Assembly: GCF_009914755.1 (NCBI RefSeq)
Contig: NC_060945.1
Source: the human T2T-CHM13v2.0 reference genome, Homo sapiens
DNA length: 64,000 nucleotides
Direction: 5' to 3' (one strand)
This document shows, piece after piece, positions 1 to 12,700 of the stretch. The notes under the pieces are model-generated. The model ran no database searches. It was given only the letters and a program-made list of their open reading frames with translations, and was not told the DNA's origin. Positions within the stretch are counted from its first letter, which is position 1; each line of letters begins with the position of its first letter. The translations under genes were made by a program, and so were the position numbers.

Positions 1-3000
1 GCGAATGTTCAACTCTGTGACTTGAATGCAGATATCACAAAGTAGTTTCTGAGAGGGCTTCTGTCTAGATTTTAGATGATGATATTCCCGTTTCCAACGA
101 AATCATTAGAGCTATCCAAATATCCACTTACAGTTTCTACAAAAAGAGTGTTTCCAAACTGCTGCATCAAAAGAGAGGTTCCACTCTGTTAGCTGAGTAC
201 ACACATCACAAACTTGTTTCTCAGAATCCTTCTGTCTCGTTTTTATGGGAAGATATTTACTTTTTCACCGTAGGCATCAAAGCGCTCCAAATGTCCACAT
301 CCAGATACTCCAGAAAGAGTGTTTCAAACCTGCTCTATGAAAGGGAATCTTCAACTCTATGAGTTGAATGCAGACATCAGAAAGAAATTTCTGAGAATGC
401 TGCTGTCTACCTTTTATTTGAATTCCCGCTTCCAACGAAATCCTCCAAGCTATCCAAATATCCACTTGCAGATTCCACAAAAAGAGTGTTTCAAAACTGC
501 TCTCTATCAATGGCAAAGTTCAACTCTGTTAGTTGAGGACACATATCACCAACAAGTTTCTGAGAATGCTTCTGTCTATTTTTTATGGGAAGATATTTCC
601 TTTTTCACCGTAGGCGTCAAGGCGATCGAAATGTCCACTTCCACAAACTACAAAAAGAGTGTTTCAAACCTGCTCTATGAAAGGCCATGTTCATCTCTAT
701 GAGTTGAATGGAAATATCCGAAAGAAATTTCTGGGAATGCTGCTGTCTAGTGTTTATACGAATTCCCACTTCCAACGAAATCCTCAAAGCAATCCAAATA
801 TCCACTTGCAGAATCCACAAAAAGAGTGTTTCAAAACTGCTCTATCAATAGAAAGGTTCAACTCTTTTAGTTGAGTACACACATCACGAACAAGTTTCTG
901 AGAATGCTTCTGTCTGGCTTTTATTGGAAGACGTTTCCTTTTCACCAAAGGCATCAAAGCGCTCCAAATGTCCACTTCCAGATTCTTCCAAAAGAGTGTT
1001 TCAAACGTGCTCAAAGTAAGGGAATGTTCAACTCTGTGACTTGAATGCAGATATCACCAAGTAGTTTCTAATAGTGCTTCTGTCTAGATTTTAGATGATG
1101 ATATTCCCGTTTCCAACGAAATCGTTAGAGCTATCCAAATATCCACTTACAGTTTCTACAAAAAGAGTGTTTCCAAACTGCTGCATCAAAAGAAAGGTTC
1201 AACTCTGTTAGTTGAGGACACACATCACAAAGAAGTTTGTGAGAATGCTTCTGTCTAGATTTTGTATGACGATATTCCCTTTTCCAACGATATCGTTAAA
1301 GCAATCTAAATATCAATTTGCAGAATCCACAAAAATAGAGTTTCAAAGCTGCTCTGTAAAAAGAAAGGTTCCACTCTGTTAGCTGAGTACACACATCACA
1401 AACTTGTTTCTGAGAATCCTTCTGTCTCGTTTTTATGGGAAGATATTTACTTTTCCACCGTAGGCATCAAAGCGCTCCAAATGTCCACATCCAGATACTC
1501 CAGAACGAGTGTTTCAAACCTGCTCTATGAAAGGGAATCTTCAACTCTATGAGTTGAATGCAGACATCAGAAAGAAATTTCTGAGAATGCTGCTGTCTAC
1601 CTTTTATTTGAATTCCCGCTTCCAACGAAATCCTCCAAGCTATCCAAATATCCACTTGCATTTTCCACAAAAAGAGTGTTTCAAAACTGCTCTATCAATA
1701 GAAATGTTCAACTCCTTTGGCTGGGTACACACATCACAAACAAGTTTCTGAGAATGCTTCTGTCTAGTTTTTATGGGAAGACGTTCGCTTTTTCACCAAA
1801 GGCATCAAAGCGCTCCAAATGTCCACTTCCAGACACTACAAAAAGAGTGTTTCCAACGTGCTCTAAGAAAGCGAATGTTCAACTCTGTGACTTGAATGCA
1901 GATATCACAAAGTAGTTTCTGAGAGGGCTTCTGTCTAGATTTTAGATGATGATATTCCCGTTTCCAACGAAATCATTAGAGCTATCCAAATATCCACTTA
2001 CAGTTTCTACAAAAAGAGTGTTTCCAAACTGCTGCATCAAAAGAGAGGTTCCACTCTGTTAGCTGAGTACACACATCACAAACTTGTTTCTCAGAATCCT
2101 TCTGTCTCGTTTTTATGGGAAGATATTTACTTTTTCACCGTAGGCATCAAAGCGCTCCAAATGTCCACATCCAGATACTCCAGAAAGAGTGTTTCAAACC
2201 TGCTCTATGAAAGGGAATCTTCAACTCTATGAGTTGAATGCAGACATCAGAAAGAAATTTCTGAGAATGCTGCTGTCTACCTTTTATTTGAATTCCCGCT
2301 TCCAACGAAATCCTCCAAGCTATCCAAATATCCACTTGCAGATTCCACAAAAAGAGTGTTTCAAAACTGCTCTCTATCAATGGCAAAGTTCAACTCTGTT
2401 ACTTGAGGACACATATCACCAACAGGTTTCTGAGAATGCTTCTGTCTATTTTTTATGGGAAGATATTTCCTTTTTCACCGTAGGCGTCAAGGCGATCGAA
2501 ATGTCCACTTCCACAAACTACAAAAAGAGTGTTTCAAACCTGCTCTATGAAAGGCCATGTTCATCTCTATGAGTTGAATGGAAATATCCGAAAGAAATTT
2601 CTGGGAATGCTGCTGTCTAGTTTTTATACGAATTCCCGCTTCCAACGAAATCCTCAAAGCAATCCAAATATCCACTTGCAGAATCCACAAAAAGAGTGTT
2701 TCAAAACTGCTCTATCAATAGAAAGGTTCAACTCTTTTAGTTGAGTACACACATCACGAACAAGTTTCTCAGAATGCTTCCGTCTGGCTTTTATTGGAAG
2801 ACGTTTCCTTTTCACCAAAGGCATCAAAGCGCTCCAAATGTCCACTTCCAGATTCTTCCAAAAGAGTGTTTCAAACGTGCTCAAAGTAAGGGAATGTTCA
2901 ACTCTGTGACTTGAATGCAGATATCACCAAGTAGTTTCTAATAGTGTTTCTGTCTAGATTTTAGATGATGATATTCCCGTTTCCAACGAAATCGTTAGAG

Positions 3001-5670
3001 CTATCCAAATATCCACTTACAGTTTCTACAAAAAGGGTGTTTCCAAACTGCTGCATCAAAAGAAAGGTTCAACTCTGTTAGTTGAGGACACACATCACAA
3101 AGAAGTTTGTGAGAATGCTTCTGTCTAGATTTTGTATGACGATATTCCCTTTTCCAACGATATCGTTAAAGCAATCTAAATATCAATTTGCAGAATCCAC
3201 AAAAATAGAGTTTCAAAGCTGCTCTGTAAAAAGAAAGGTTCCACTCTGTTAGCTGAGTACACACATCACAAACTTGTTTCTGAGAATCCTTCTGTCTTGT
3301 TTTTATGGGAAGATATTTACTTTTTCACCGTAGGCATCAAAGGGCTCCAAATGTCCACATCCAGATACTCCAGAAAGAGTGTTTCAAACCTGCTCTATGA
3401 AAGGGAATCTTCAACTCTATGAGTTGAATGCAGACATCAGAAAGAAATTTCTGAGAATGCTGCTGTCTACCTTTTATGTGAATTCCCGCTTCCAATGAAA
3501 TCCTCCAAGCTATCCAAATATCCACCTGCATTTTCCACAAAAAGAGTGTTTCAAAACTGCTCTATCAATAGAAATGTTCAACTCCTTTGGCTGGGTACAC
3601 ACATCACAAACAAGTTTCTGAGAATGCTTCTGTCTAGTTTTTATGGGAAGACATTCCCTTTTTCACCAAAGGCATCAAAGCGCTCCAAATGTCCACTTCC
3701 AGACACTACAAAAAGAGTGTTTCCAACGTGCTCTAAGAAAGCGAATGATCAACTCTGTGACTTGAATGCAGATATCACAAAGTAGTTTCTGAGAGGGCTT
3801 CTGTCTAGATTTTAGACGATGATATTCCCGTTTCCAACGAAATCATTAGAGCTATCCAAATATCCACTTACAGTTTCTACAAAAAGAGTGTTTCCAAACT
3901 GCTGCATCAGAAGAGAGGTTCCACTCTGTTAGCTGAGTACACACATCACAAACTTGTTTCTCAGAATCCTTCTGTCTCGTTTTTATGGGAAGATATTTAC
4001 TTTTTCACCGTAGGCATCAAAGCGCTGCAAATGTCCACATCCAGATACTCCAGAAAGAGTGTTTCAAACCTGCTCTATGAAAGGGAATCTTCAACTCTAT
4101 GAGTTGAATGCAGACATCAGAAAGAAATTTCTGAGAATGCTGCTGTCTACCTTTTATTTGAATTCCCGCTTCCAACGAAATCCTCCAAGCTATCCAAATA
4201 TCCACTTGCTGATTCCACAGAAAGAGTGTTTCAAAACTGCTCTCTATCAATGGCAAAGTTCAACTCTGTTAGTTGAGGACACATATCACCAACAAGTTTC
4301 TGAGAATGCTTCTGTCTATTTTTTATGGGAAGATATTTCCTTTTTCACCGTAGGCGTCAAGGCGATCGAAATGTCCACTTCCACAAACTACAAAAAGAGT
4401 GTTTCAAACCTGCTCTATGAAAGGCCATGTTCATCTCTATGAGTTGAATGGAAATATCCGAAAGAAATTTCTGGGAATGCTGCTGTCTAGTTTTTATACG
4501 AATTCCCGCTTCCAACGAAATCCTCAAAACAATCCAAATATCCACTTGCAGAATCCACAAAAAGAGTGTTTCAAAACTGCTCTATCAATAGAAAGGTTCA
4601 ACACTTTTAGTTGAGTACACACATCACGAACAAGTTTCTGAGAATGCTTCTGTCTGGCTTTTATTGGAAGACGTTTCCTTTTCACCAAAGGCATCAAAGC
4701 GCTCCAAATGTCCACTTCCAGATTCTTCCAAAAGAGTGTTTCAAACGTGCTCAAAGTAAGGGAATGTTCAACTCTGTGACTTGAATGCAGATATCACCAA
4801 GTAGTTTCTAATAGTGCTTCTGTCTAGATTTTAGATGATGATATTCCCGTTTCCAACGAAATCGTTAGAGCTATCCAAATATCCACTTACAGTTTCTACC
4901 AAAAGGGTGTTTCCAAACTGCTGCATCAAAAGAAAGGTTCAACTCTGTTAGTTGAGGACACACATCACAAAGAAGTTTGTGAGAATGCTTCTGTCTAGAT
5001 TTTGTATGACGATATTCCCTTTTCCAACGATATCGTTAAAGCAATCTAAATATCAATTTGCAGAATCCACAAAAATAGAGTTTCAAACCTGCTCTGTAAA
5101 AAGAAAGGTTCCACTCTGTTAGCTGAGTACACACATCACAAACTTGTTTCTGAGAATCCTTCTGTCTCGTTTTTATGGGAAGATATTTACTTTTTCACCG
5201 TAGGCATCAAAGCGCTCCAAATGTCCACATCCAGATACCCCAGAAAGAGTGTTTCAAACCTGCTCTATGAAAGGGAATCTTCAACTCAATGAGTTGAATG
5301 CAGACATCAGAAAGAACTTTCTGAGAATGCTGCTGTCTACCTTTTATTTGAATTCCCGCTTCCAACGAAATCCTCCAAGCTATCCAAATATCCACTTGCA
5401 TTTTCCACAAAAAGAGTGTTTCAAAACTGCTCTATCAATAGAAATGTTCAACTCCTTTGGCTGGGTACACACATCACAAACAAGTTTCTGAGAATGCTTC
5501 TGTCTAGTTTTTATGGGAAGACATTCCCTTTTTCACCAAAGGCATCAAAGCGCTCCAAATGTCCACTTCCAGACACTACAAAAAGAGGGTTTCCAACGTG
5601 CTCTAAGAAAGCGAATGTTCAACTCTGTGACTTGAATGCAGATATCACAAAGTAGTTTCTGAGAGGGCTT
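1..5670 (-). repeat. Canonical 11-mer HOR, 1870-bp unit, three full copies (61-1930, 1931-3800, 3801-5670); SF3 pentamer-derived, consistent with chr1 D1Z5 (S3C1H2)
   Basis: Near-identical sequence recurs at +1870 (position 1 = 1871; ORF track 277/2147/4017). Eleven monomers A-K start at about 61, 232, 403, 572, 743, 910, 1080, 1251, 1422, 1593 and 1760. The D1Z5 assignment rests on the recalled 1.9-kb 11-mer size and pentameric structure, not on a database search. Confidence 0.88.
86..1630 (-). other. CENP-B box set of one 11-mer unit: intact at 86-102, 424-440, 1105-1121, 1614-1630; mutated in this copy at 764-780; constitutively degenerate at 1276-1292
   Basis: Matches tcccgYttccaacgaaa, the reverse complement of YTTCGTTGGAARCGGGA. 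764-780 reads tcccActtccaacgaaa but is intact in the next copy at 2634-2650. Monomer H reads tcccTtttccaacgaTa in all copies. Confidence 0.93.
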
Positions 5671-6863
5671 CTGTCTGGATTTTAGATGATGATATTCCCG
5701 TTTCCAACGAAATCATTAGAGCTATCCAAATATCCACTTACAGTTTCTACAAAAAGAGTGTTTCCAAACTGCTGCATCAAAAGAGAGGTTCCACTCTGTT
5801 AGCTGAGTACACACATCACAAACTTGTTTCTGAGAATCCTTCTGTCTCGTTTTTATGGGAAGATATTTCCTTTTTCACCGTAGGCATCAAAGCGCTCAAA
5901 ATGTCCACTTCCAGATTCTTCCAAAAGAGTGTTTCAAACGTGCTCAAAGTAAGGGAATGTTCAACTCTGTGACTTGAATGCAGATATCACCAAGTAGTTT
6001 CTAATAGTGCTTCTGTCTACATTTTAGATGATGATATTCCCGTTTCCAATGAAATCGTTAAATCTATCCAAATATCCACTTACAGTTTCTACAAAAAGAG
6101 TGTTTCCAAACTGCTGCATCAAAAGGAAGGTTCAACTCTGTTAGTTGAGGACACACATCACAAAGATGTTTGTGAGAATGCTTCTGTCTAGATTTTGTAT
6201 GACCATATTCCCTTTTCCAACGATATCGTTAAAGAAATCTAAATATCAATTTGCAGAATCCACAAAAATAGAGTTTCAAAGCTGCTCTGTAAAAAGAAAG
6301 GTTCCACTCTGTTAGCTGAGTACACACATCACAAACTTGTTTCTGAGAATCCTTCTGTCTCGTTTTTATGGGAAGATATTTACTTTTTCACCGTAGGCAT
6401 CAAAGCGCTCCAAATGTCCACATCCAGATACTCCAGAAAGAGTGTTTCAAACCTGCTCTATGAAAGGGAATCTTCAACTCTATGAGTTGAATGCAGACAT
6501 CAGAAAGAAATTTCTGAGAATGCTGCTGTCTACCTTTTATTTGAATTCCCGCTTCCAACGAAATCCTCCAAGCTATCCAAATATCCACCTGCATTTTCCA
6601 CAAAAAGAGTGTTTCAAAACTGCTCTATCAATAGAAATGTTCAACTCCTTTGGCTGGGTACACACATCACAAACAAGTTTCTGAGAATGCTTCTGTCTAG
6701 TTTTTATGGGAAGACATTCCCTTTTTCACCAAAGGCATCAAAGCGCTCCAAATGTCCACTTCCAGACACTACAAAAAGAGTGTTTCAAACGTGCTCTAAG
6801 AAAGCGAATGTTCAACTCTGTGACTTGAATGCAGATATCACAAAGTAGTTTCTGAGAGGGCTT
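5671..6863 (-). repeat. 7-mer HOR deletion variant (1193 bp): A, B/F hybrid, G, H, I, J, K
   Basis: The monomer at 5842 starts as B (ctgtctcgtttttatggg) and continues as F (cttccagattcttccaaaag...ctcaaagtaagg). ORF spacing 5207->6400 = 1193. Confidence 0.9.
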
Positions 6864-8904
6864 CTGTCTAGATTTTAGATGATGATATTCCCGATTACAA
6901 AGAAATCGTTAGAGCTATCCAAATATCCACTTACAGTTTCTACAAAAAGAGTGTTTCCAAACTGCTGCATCAAAAGAAAGATTCAACTCTGTTAGTTGAG
7001 GACACACATCACAAAGAAGTTTGTGAGAATGCTTCTGTCTAGATTTTGTATGACGATATTCCCTTTTCCAACGATATCGTTAAAGCAATCTAAATATCAA
7101 TTTGCAGAATCCACAAAAATAGAGTTTCAAAGCTGCTCTGTAAAAAGAAAGGTTCCGCTCTGTTAGCTGAGTACACACATCACAAACTTGTTTCTGAGAA
7201 TCCTTCTGTCTCGTTTTTATGGGAAGATATTTACTTTTTCACCGTAGGCATCAAAGCGCTCCAAATGTCCACATCCAGATACTACAGAAAGAGTATTTCA
7301 AACCTGCTCTATGAAAGGGAATCTTCAACTCTATGAGTTGAATGCAGACATCAGAAAGAAATTTCTGAGAATGCTGCTGTCTATCTTTTATTTGAATTCC
7401 CGTTTCCAACGAAATCCTCCAAGCTATCCAAATATCCACTTGCAGATTCCACAGAAAGAGTGTTTCAAAACTGCTCTCTATCAATGGCAAAGTTCAACTC
7501 TGTCAGTTGAGGACACATATCTCCAACAAGTTTCTGAGAATGCTTCTGTCTATTTTTTATGGGAAGATATTTCCTTTTTCACCGTAGGCGTCAAGGCGAT
7601 CGAAATGTCCACTTCCACAAACTACAAAAAGAGTGTTTCAAACCTGCTCTATGAAAGGCCATGTTCATCTCTATGAGTTGAATGGAAATATCCGAAAGAA
7701 ATTTCTGGGAATGCTGCTGTCTAGTTTTTATACGAATTCCCGCTTCCAACGAAATCCTCAAAGCAATCCAAATATCCACTTGCAGAATCCACAAAAAGAG
7801 TGTTTCAAAACTGCTCTATCAATAGAAAGGTTCAACTCTTTTAGTTGAGTACACACATCACGAACAAGTTTCTCAGAATGCTTCTGTCTGGCTTTTATTG
7901 GAAGACGTTTCCTTTTCACCAAAGGCATCAAAGCGCTCCAAATGTCCACTTCCAGATTCTTCCAAAAGAGTGTTTCAAACGTGCTCAAAGTAAGGGAATG
8001 TTCAACTCTGTGACTTGAATGCAGATATCACCAAGTAGTTTCTAATAGTGCTTCTGTCTAGATTTTAGATGATGATATTCCCGTTTCCAACGAAATCGTT
8101 AGAGCTATCCAAATATCCACTTACAGTTTCTACAAAAAGAGTGTTTCCAAACTGCTGCATCAAAAGAAAGGTTCAACTCTGTTAGTTGAGGACACACATC
8201 ACAAAGAAGTTTGTGAGAATGCTTTTGTCTAGATTTTGTGTGACCATATTCCCTTTTCCAACGATATCGTTAAAGCAATCTAAATATCAATTTGCAGAAT
8301 CCACAAAAATAGAGTTTCAAAGCTGCTCTTTAAAAAGAAGGGTTCCACTCTGTTAGCTGAGTACACACATCACAAACTTGTTTCTGAGAAACCTTCTGTC
8401 TCGTTTTTATGGGAAGATATTTACTTTTTCACCGTAGGCATCAAAGCGCTCCAAATGTCCACATCCAGATACTCCAGAAAGAGTGTTTCAAACCTGCTCT
8501 ATGAAAGGGAATCTTCAACTCTATGAGTTGAATGCAGACATCAGAAAGAAATTTCTGAGAATGCTGCTGTCTACCTTTTATTTGAATTCCCGCTTCCAAC
8601 GAAATCCTCCAAGCTATCCAAATATCCACCTGCATTTTCCACAAAAAAAGTGTTTCAAAACTGCTCTATCAATAGAAATGTTCAACTCCTTTGTCTGGGT
8701 ACACACATCACAAACAAGTTTCTGAGAATGCTTCTGTCTAGTTTTTATGGGAAGACATTCCCTTTTTCACCAAAGGCATCAAAGCGCTCCAAATGTCCAC
8801 TTCCAGACACTACAAAAAGAGTGTTTCAAACGTGCTCTAAGAAAGCGAATGTTCAACTCTGTGACTTGAATGCAGATATCACCAAGTAGTTTCTGAGAGG
8901 GCTT
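6864..8904 (-). repeat. 12-mer HOR variant (2041 bp): full G + H monomers replace monomer A
   Basis: After K come a complete G-type (6864) and H-type (7035) monomer before B. ORF spacing 6400->8441 = 2041. Confidence 0.9.
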
Positions 8905-9759
8905 CTGTCTAGATTTTAGATGATGATATTCCCGCTTCCAACGAAATCATTAGAGCTATCCAAATATCCACTTACAGTTTCTACAAAAAGAGTGTTTCCA
9001 AACTGCTGCATCAAAAGAATGGTTCAACTCTGTTAGTTGAGGACACACATCACAAAGAAGTTTGTGAGAATGCTTCTGTCTAGATTTTGTATGACGATAT
9101 TCCCTTTTCCAACGATATCGTTAAAGCAATCTAAATATCAATTTGCAGAATCCACAAAAATAGAGTTTCAAAGCTGCTCGGTAAAAAGAAAGGTTCCACT
9201 CTGTTAGCTGAGTACACACATCACAAACTTGTTTCTGAGAATCCTTCTGTCTCGTTTTTATGGGAAGATATTTCCTTTTTCACCGTAGGCATCAAAGCGC
9301 TCAAAATGTCCACTTCCAGATTCTTCCAAAAGAGTGTTTCAAACGTGCTCAAAGTAAGGGAATGTTCAACTCTGTGACTTGAATGCAGATATCACCAAGT
9401 AGTTTCTAATAGTGCTTCTGTCTAGATTTTAGATGATGATATTCCCGTTTCCAACGAAATCGTTACAGCTATCCAAATATCCACTTACAGTTTCTACAAA
9501 AAGAGTGTTTGCAAACTGCTGCATCAAAAGAAAGGTTCAACTCTGTTAGTTGAGGACACACATCACAAAGAAGTTTGTGAGAATGCTTCTGTCTAGATTT
9601 TGTATGACCATATTCCCTTTTCCAACGATATCATTAAAGCAATCTAAATATCCATTTGCAGAATCCACAAAAATAGAGTTTCAAAGCTGCTCTGTAAAAA
9701 GAAAAGTTCCACTCTGTTAGCTGAGTACACACATCACAAACTTGTTTCTGAGAATCCTT
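8905..9759 (-). repeat. Irregular HOR segment: G, H, B/F hybrid, G, H
   Basis: Monomer types read directly. A second B/F hybrid starts at ~9247. Confidence 0.85.
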
Positions 9760-12700
9760 CTGTCTCGTTTTTATGGGAAGATATTTACTTTTTCACCGTA
9801 GGCATCAAAGCGCTCCAAATGTCCACATCCAGATACTCCAGAAAGAGTGTTTCAAACCTGCTCTATGAAAGGGAATCTTCAACTCTATGAGTTGAATGCA
9901 GACATCAGAAAGAAATTTCTGAGAATGCTGCTGTCTACCTTTCATTTGAATTCCCGCTTCCAACGAAATCCTCCAGTCTATCCAAATATCCACTTGCAGA
10001 TTCCACAAAAAGAGTGTTTCTAAACTGCTCTATCAATGGCAAGGTTCAACTCTGTCAGTTGAGGATACACATCACAAACAAGTTTCTGAGAATTCTTCAA
10101 TTTTTTTACGGGAAGACATTTCCTTTTTCACCGTAGGCGTCAAAGCGATCGAAATGTCTTCATCCATACAATACAAAAAGTGTGTTTCAAACCTGCTCTA
10201 TGAAAGGGAATGTTCATCTCTATGTGTTGAATGGAAATATCAGAAAGAAATTTCTGAGAATGCTGCTACTTTTTTATGAATTCCCGCTTCCAACGAAATC
10301 CTCAAAGCAATCCAAATATCCACTTGCAGATTCCACAAAAAGAGTGTTTCAAAACTGCTCTATCAAGAGAAAGGTTCAACTCTTTTAGTTGAGTACACAC
10401 ATCACATACAAGTTTCTGAGAAAGCTTCTGTCTACTTTTTAAGGGAAGACATTTCCTTTTTCACCAAATGCATCAAAGCGCTCCAAATGTCCACTTCCAG
10501 ATTCTACAAAAAGAGTGTTTCAAACCTGCTCTAAGTAAGGGAGTTTTCAACTCTGTGACTGGAATGCAGATATCACAAAGTAGTTTCTGAGACTGATTCT
10601 GTGTATACTTTAGATGAAGGTATTCCCGTTTCCAATGATATCGTTAGACCTACCCAAATATCCACTTACAGTTTCTACAAAAAGAGTGTTTCCAAACTGC
10701 TGCATCTAAAGAAAGGTTCAACTCTGTGAGTTGAGGACACACATCACAAAGAAGTTTCTGAGAAAGCTTCTGTCTAGATTTTGTATGAAGATATTCCCTT
10801 TTCCAACGATATCGTTAAATCAACCCAAATATCAATTTGCAGAATCCACAGAAATAGAGTTTCAAAGCTGCTCTGTAAAAAGAAAGGATCCACTCTGTTA
10901 GCTGAGTACACACATCACAAACTTGTTTCTGAGAATACTTCTGTCTAGTTTTTATGGGAAGATATTTACTTTTTCACCGTAGGTATCAAAGCGCTCCAAA
11001 TGTCCACATCCAGATACTACAGAAAGAGTGTTTCAAACCTGCTCTATGAAAGGGAATCTTCAACTCTATGAGTTGAATGCAGACATCAGAAAGTAATTTC
11101 TGAGAATGCTGCTGTCTACCTTTCATTTGAATTCCCGCTTCCAACGAAATCCTCCAAGCTATCCAAATATTCACTTGCAGATTCCACAAAAAGAGTGTTT
11201 CAAAACTACTCTATCAATAGAAAGGTACAACTGTGTCAGTTGAGGACACACATCACAAACAAGTTTCTGAGAATTCTTCAATTTTTTATGGGAAGACATT
11301 TCCTTTTTCACCGTAGGCGTCAAAGCACTCCAAATGTCCACATCCAGATAGTACAGAAAGAGTGTTTCAAACCTGCTCTATTAAAGGGAATGTTCAACTC
11401 TATGAGTTGAATGCAAACATCAGAAAGAAATTTCTGAGAATGCTGCTGTCTACCTTTTATTTGAATTCCCGCTTCCAACGAAAACCTCCAAGCTATCCAA
11501 ATATCCACTTGCAGATTCCACAAAAAGAGTGTTTCAAAACTGCTCTATCAATAGAAATGTTCAACTCCTTTCGCTGGGTACACACATCACAAACAAGTTT
11601 CTGAGAAAGCTTCTGTCTAGTTTTTATGGGAAGACATTTCCTTTTTCACCAAAGGCATCAAAGAGCTCCAAATGTCCACTTCCAGATACTACAAAAAGAG
11701 TGTTTCAAAAGTGCTCTAAGAAAGCGAATGTTCAACTCTGTGACTTGAATGCAGATATCACAAAGTAGTTTCTGAGAGTGCTTCTGTCTAGTTTTTACAT
11801 GATGATATTCCCGTTTCCAACGAAATCATCAGAGCTATCCAAATATCCACTTACAGTTTCTACAAAAAGAGTGTTTCCAAACTGCTGCATCAAAAGAGAG
11901 GTTCCACTCTGTTAGCTGAGTACACACATCACAAACTTGTTTCTGAGAATCCTTCTGTCTAGCTTTTATGGGAAGATATTTTCTTTTTCACCGTAGGCAT
12001 CAAAGCGTTCCAAATGTCCACATCCAGATAGTACAGAAAGAGCGTTTCAAACCTGCTCTATGAAAGGGAATGTTCAACTCTATGAGTTGAATGCAAACGT
12101 CACAAAGAAATTTCTGAGAATGCTGCTGTCTACCTTTCATTTGAATTCCCGCTTCCAACGAAATCCTCCAGGCTATCCAAATATCCACTTGCAGATTCCA
12201 CAAAAAGAGTGTTTCTAAACTGCTCTATCAATGGCAAGGTTCAACTCTGTCAGTTGAGGATACACATCACAAACAAGTTTCTGAGAATTCTTCAATTTTT
12301 TTATGGGAAGATATTTCCTTTTTCACCGTAGGCGTCAAAGCGATCGAAATGTCTTCATCCATACAATACAAAAAGTGTGTTTCAAACCTGCTCTATGAAA
12401 GGGAATGTTCATCTCTATGTGTTGAATGGAAATATCAGAAAGAAATTTCTGAGAATGCTGCTACTTTTTTATGAATTCCCGCTTCCAACGAAATCCTCAA
12501 AGCAATCCAAATATCCACTTGCAGATTCCACAAAAAGAGTGTTTCAAAACTGCTCTATCAAGAGAAAGGTTCAACTCTTTTAGTTGAGTACACACATCAC
12601 ATACAAGTTTCTGAGAAAGCTTCTGTCTACTTTTTAAGGGAAGACATTTCCTTTTTCACCAAATGCATCAAAGCGCTCCAAATGTCCACTTCCAGATTCT

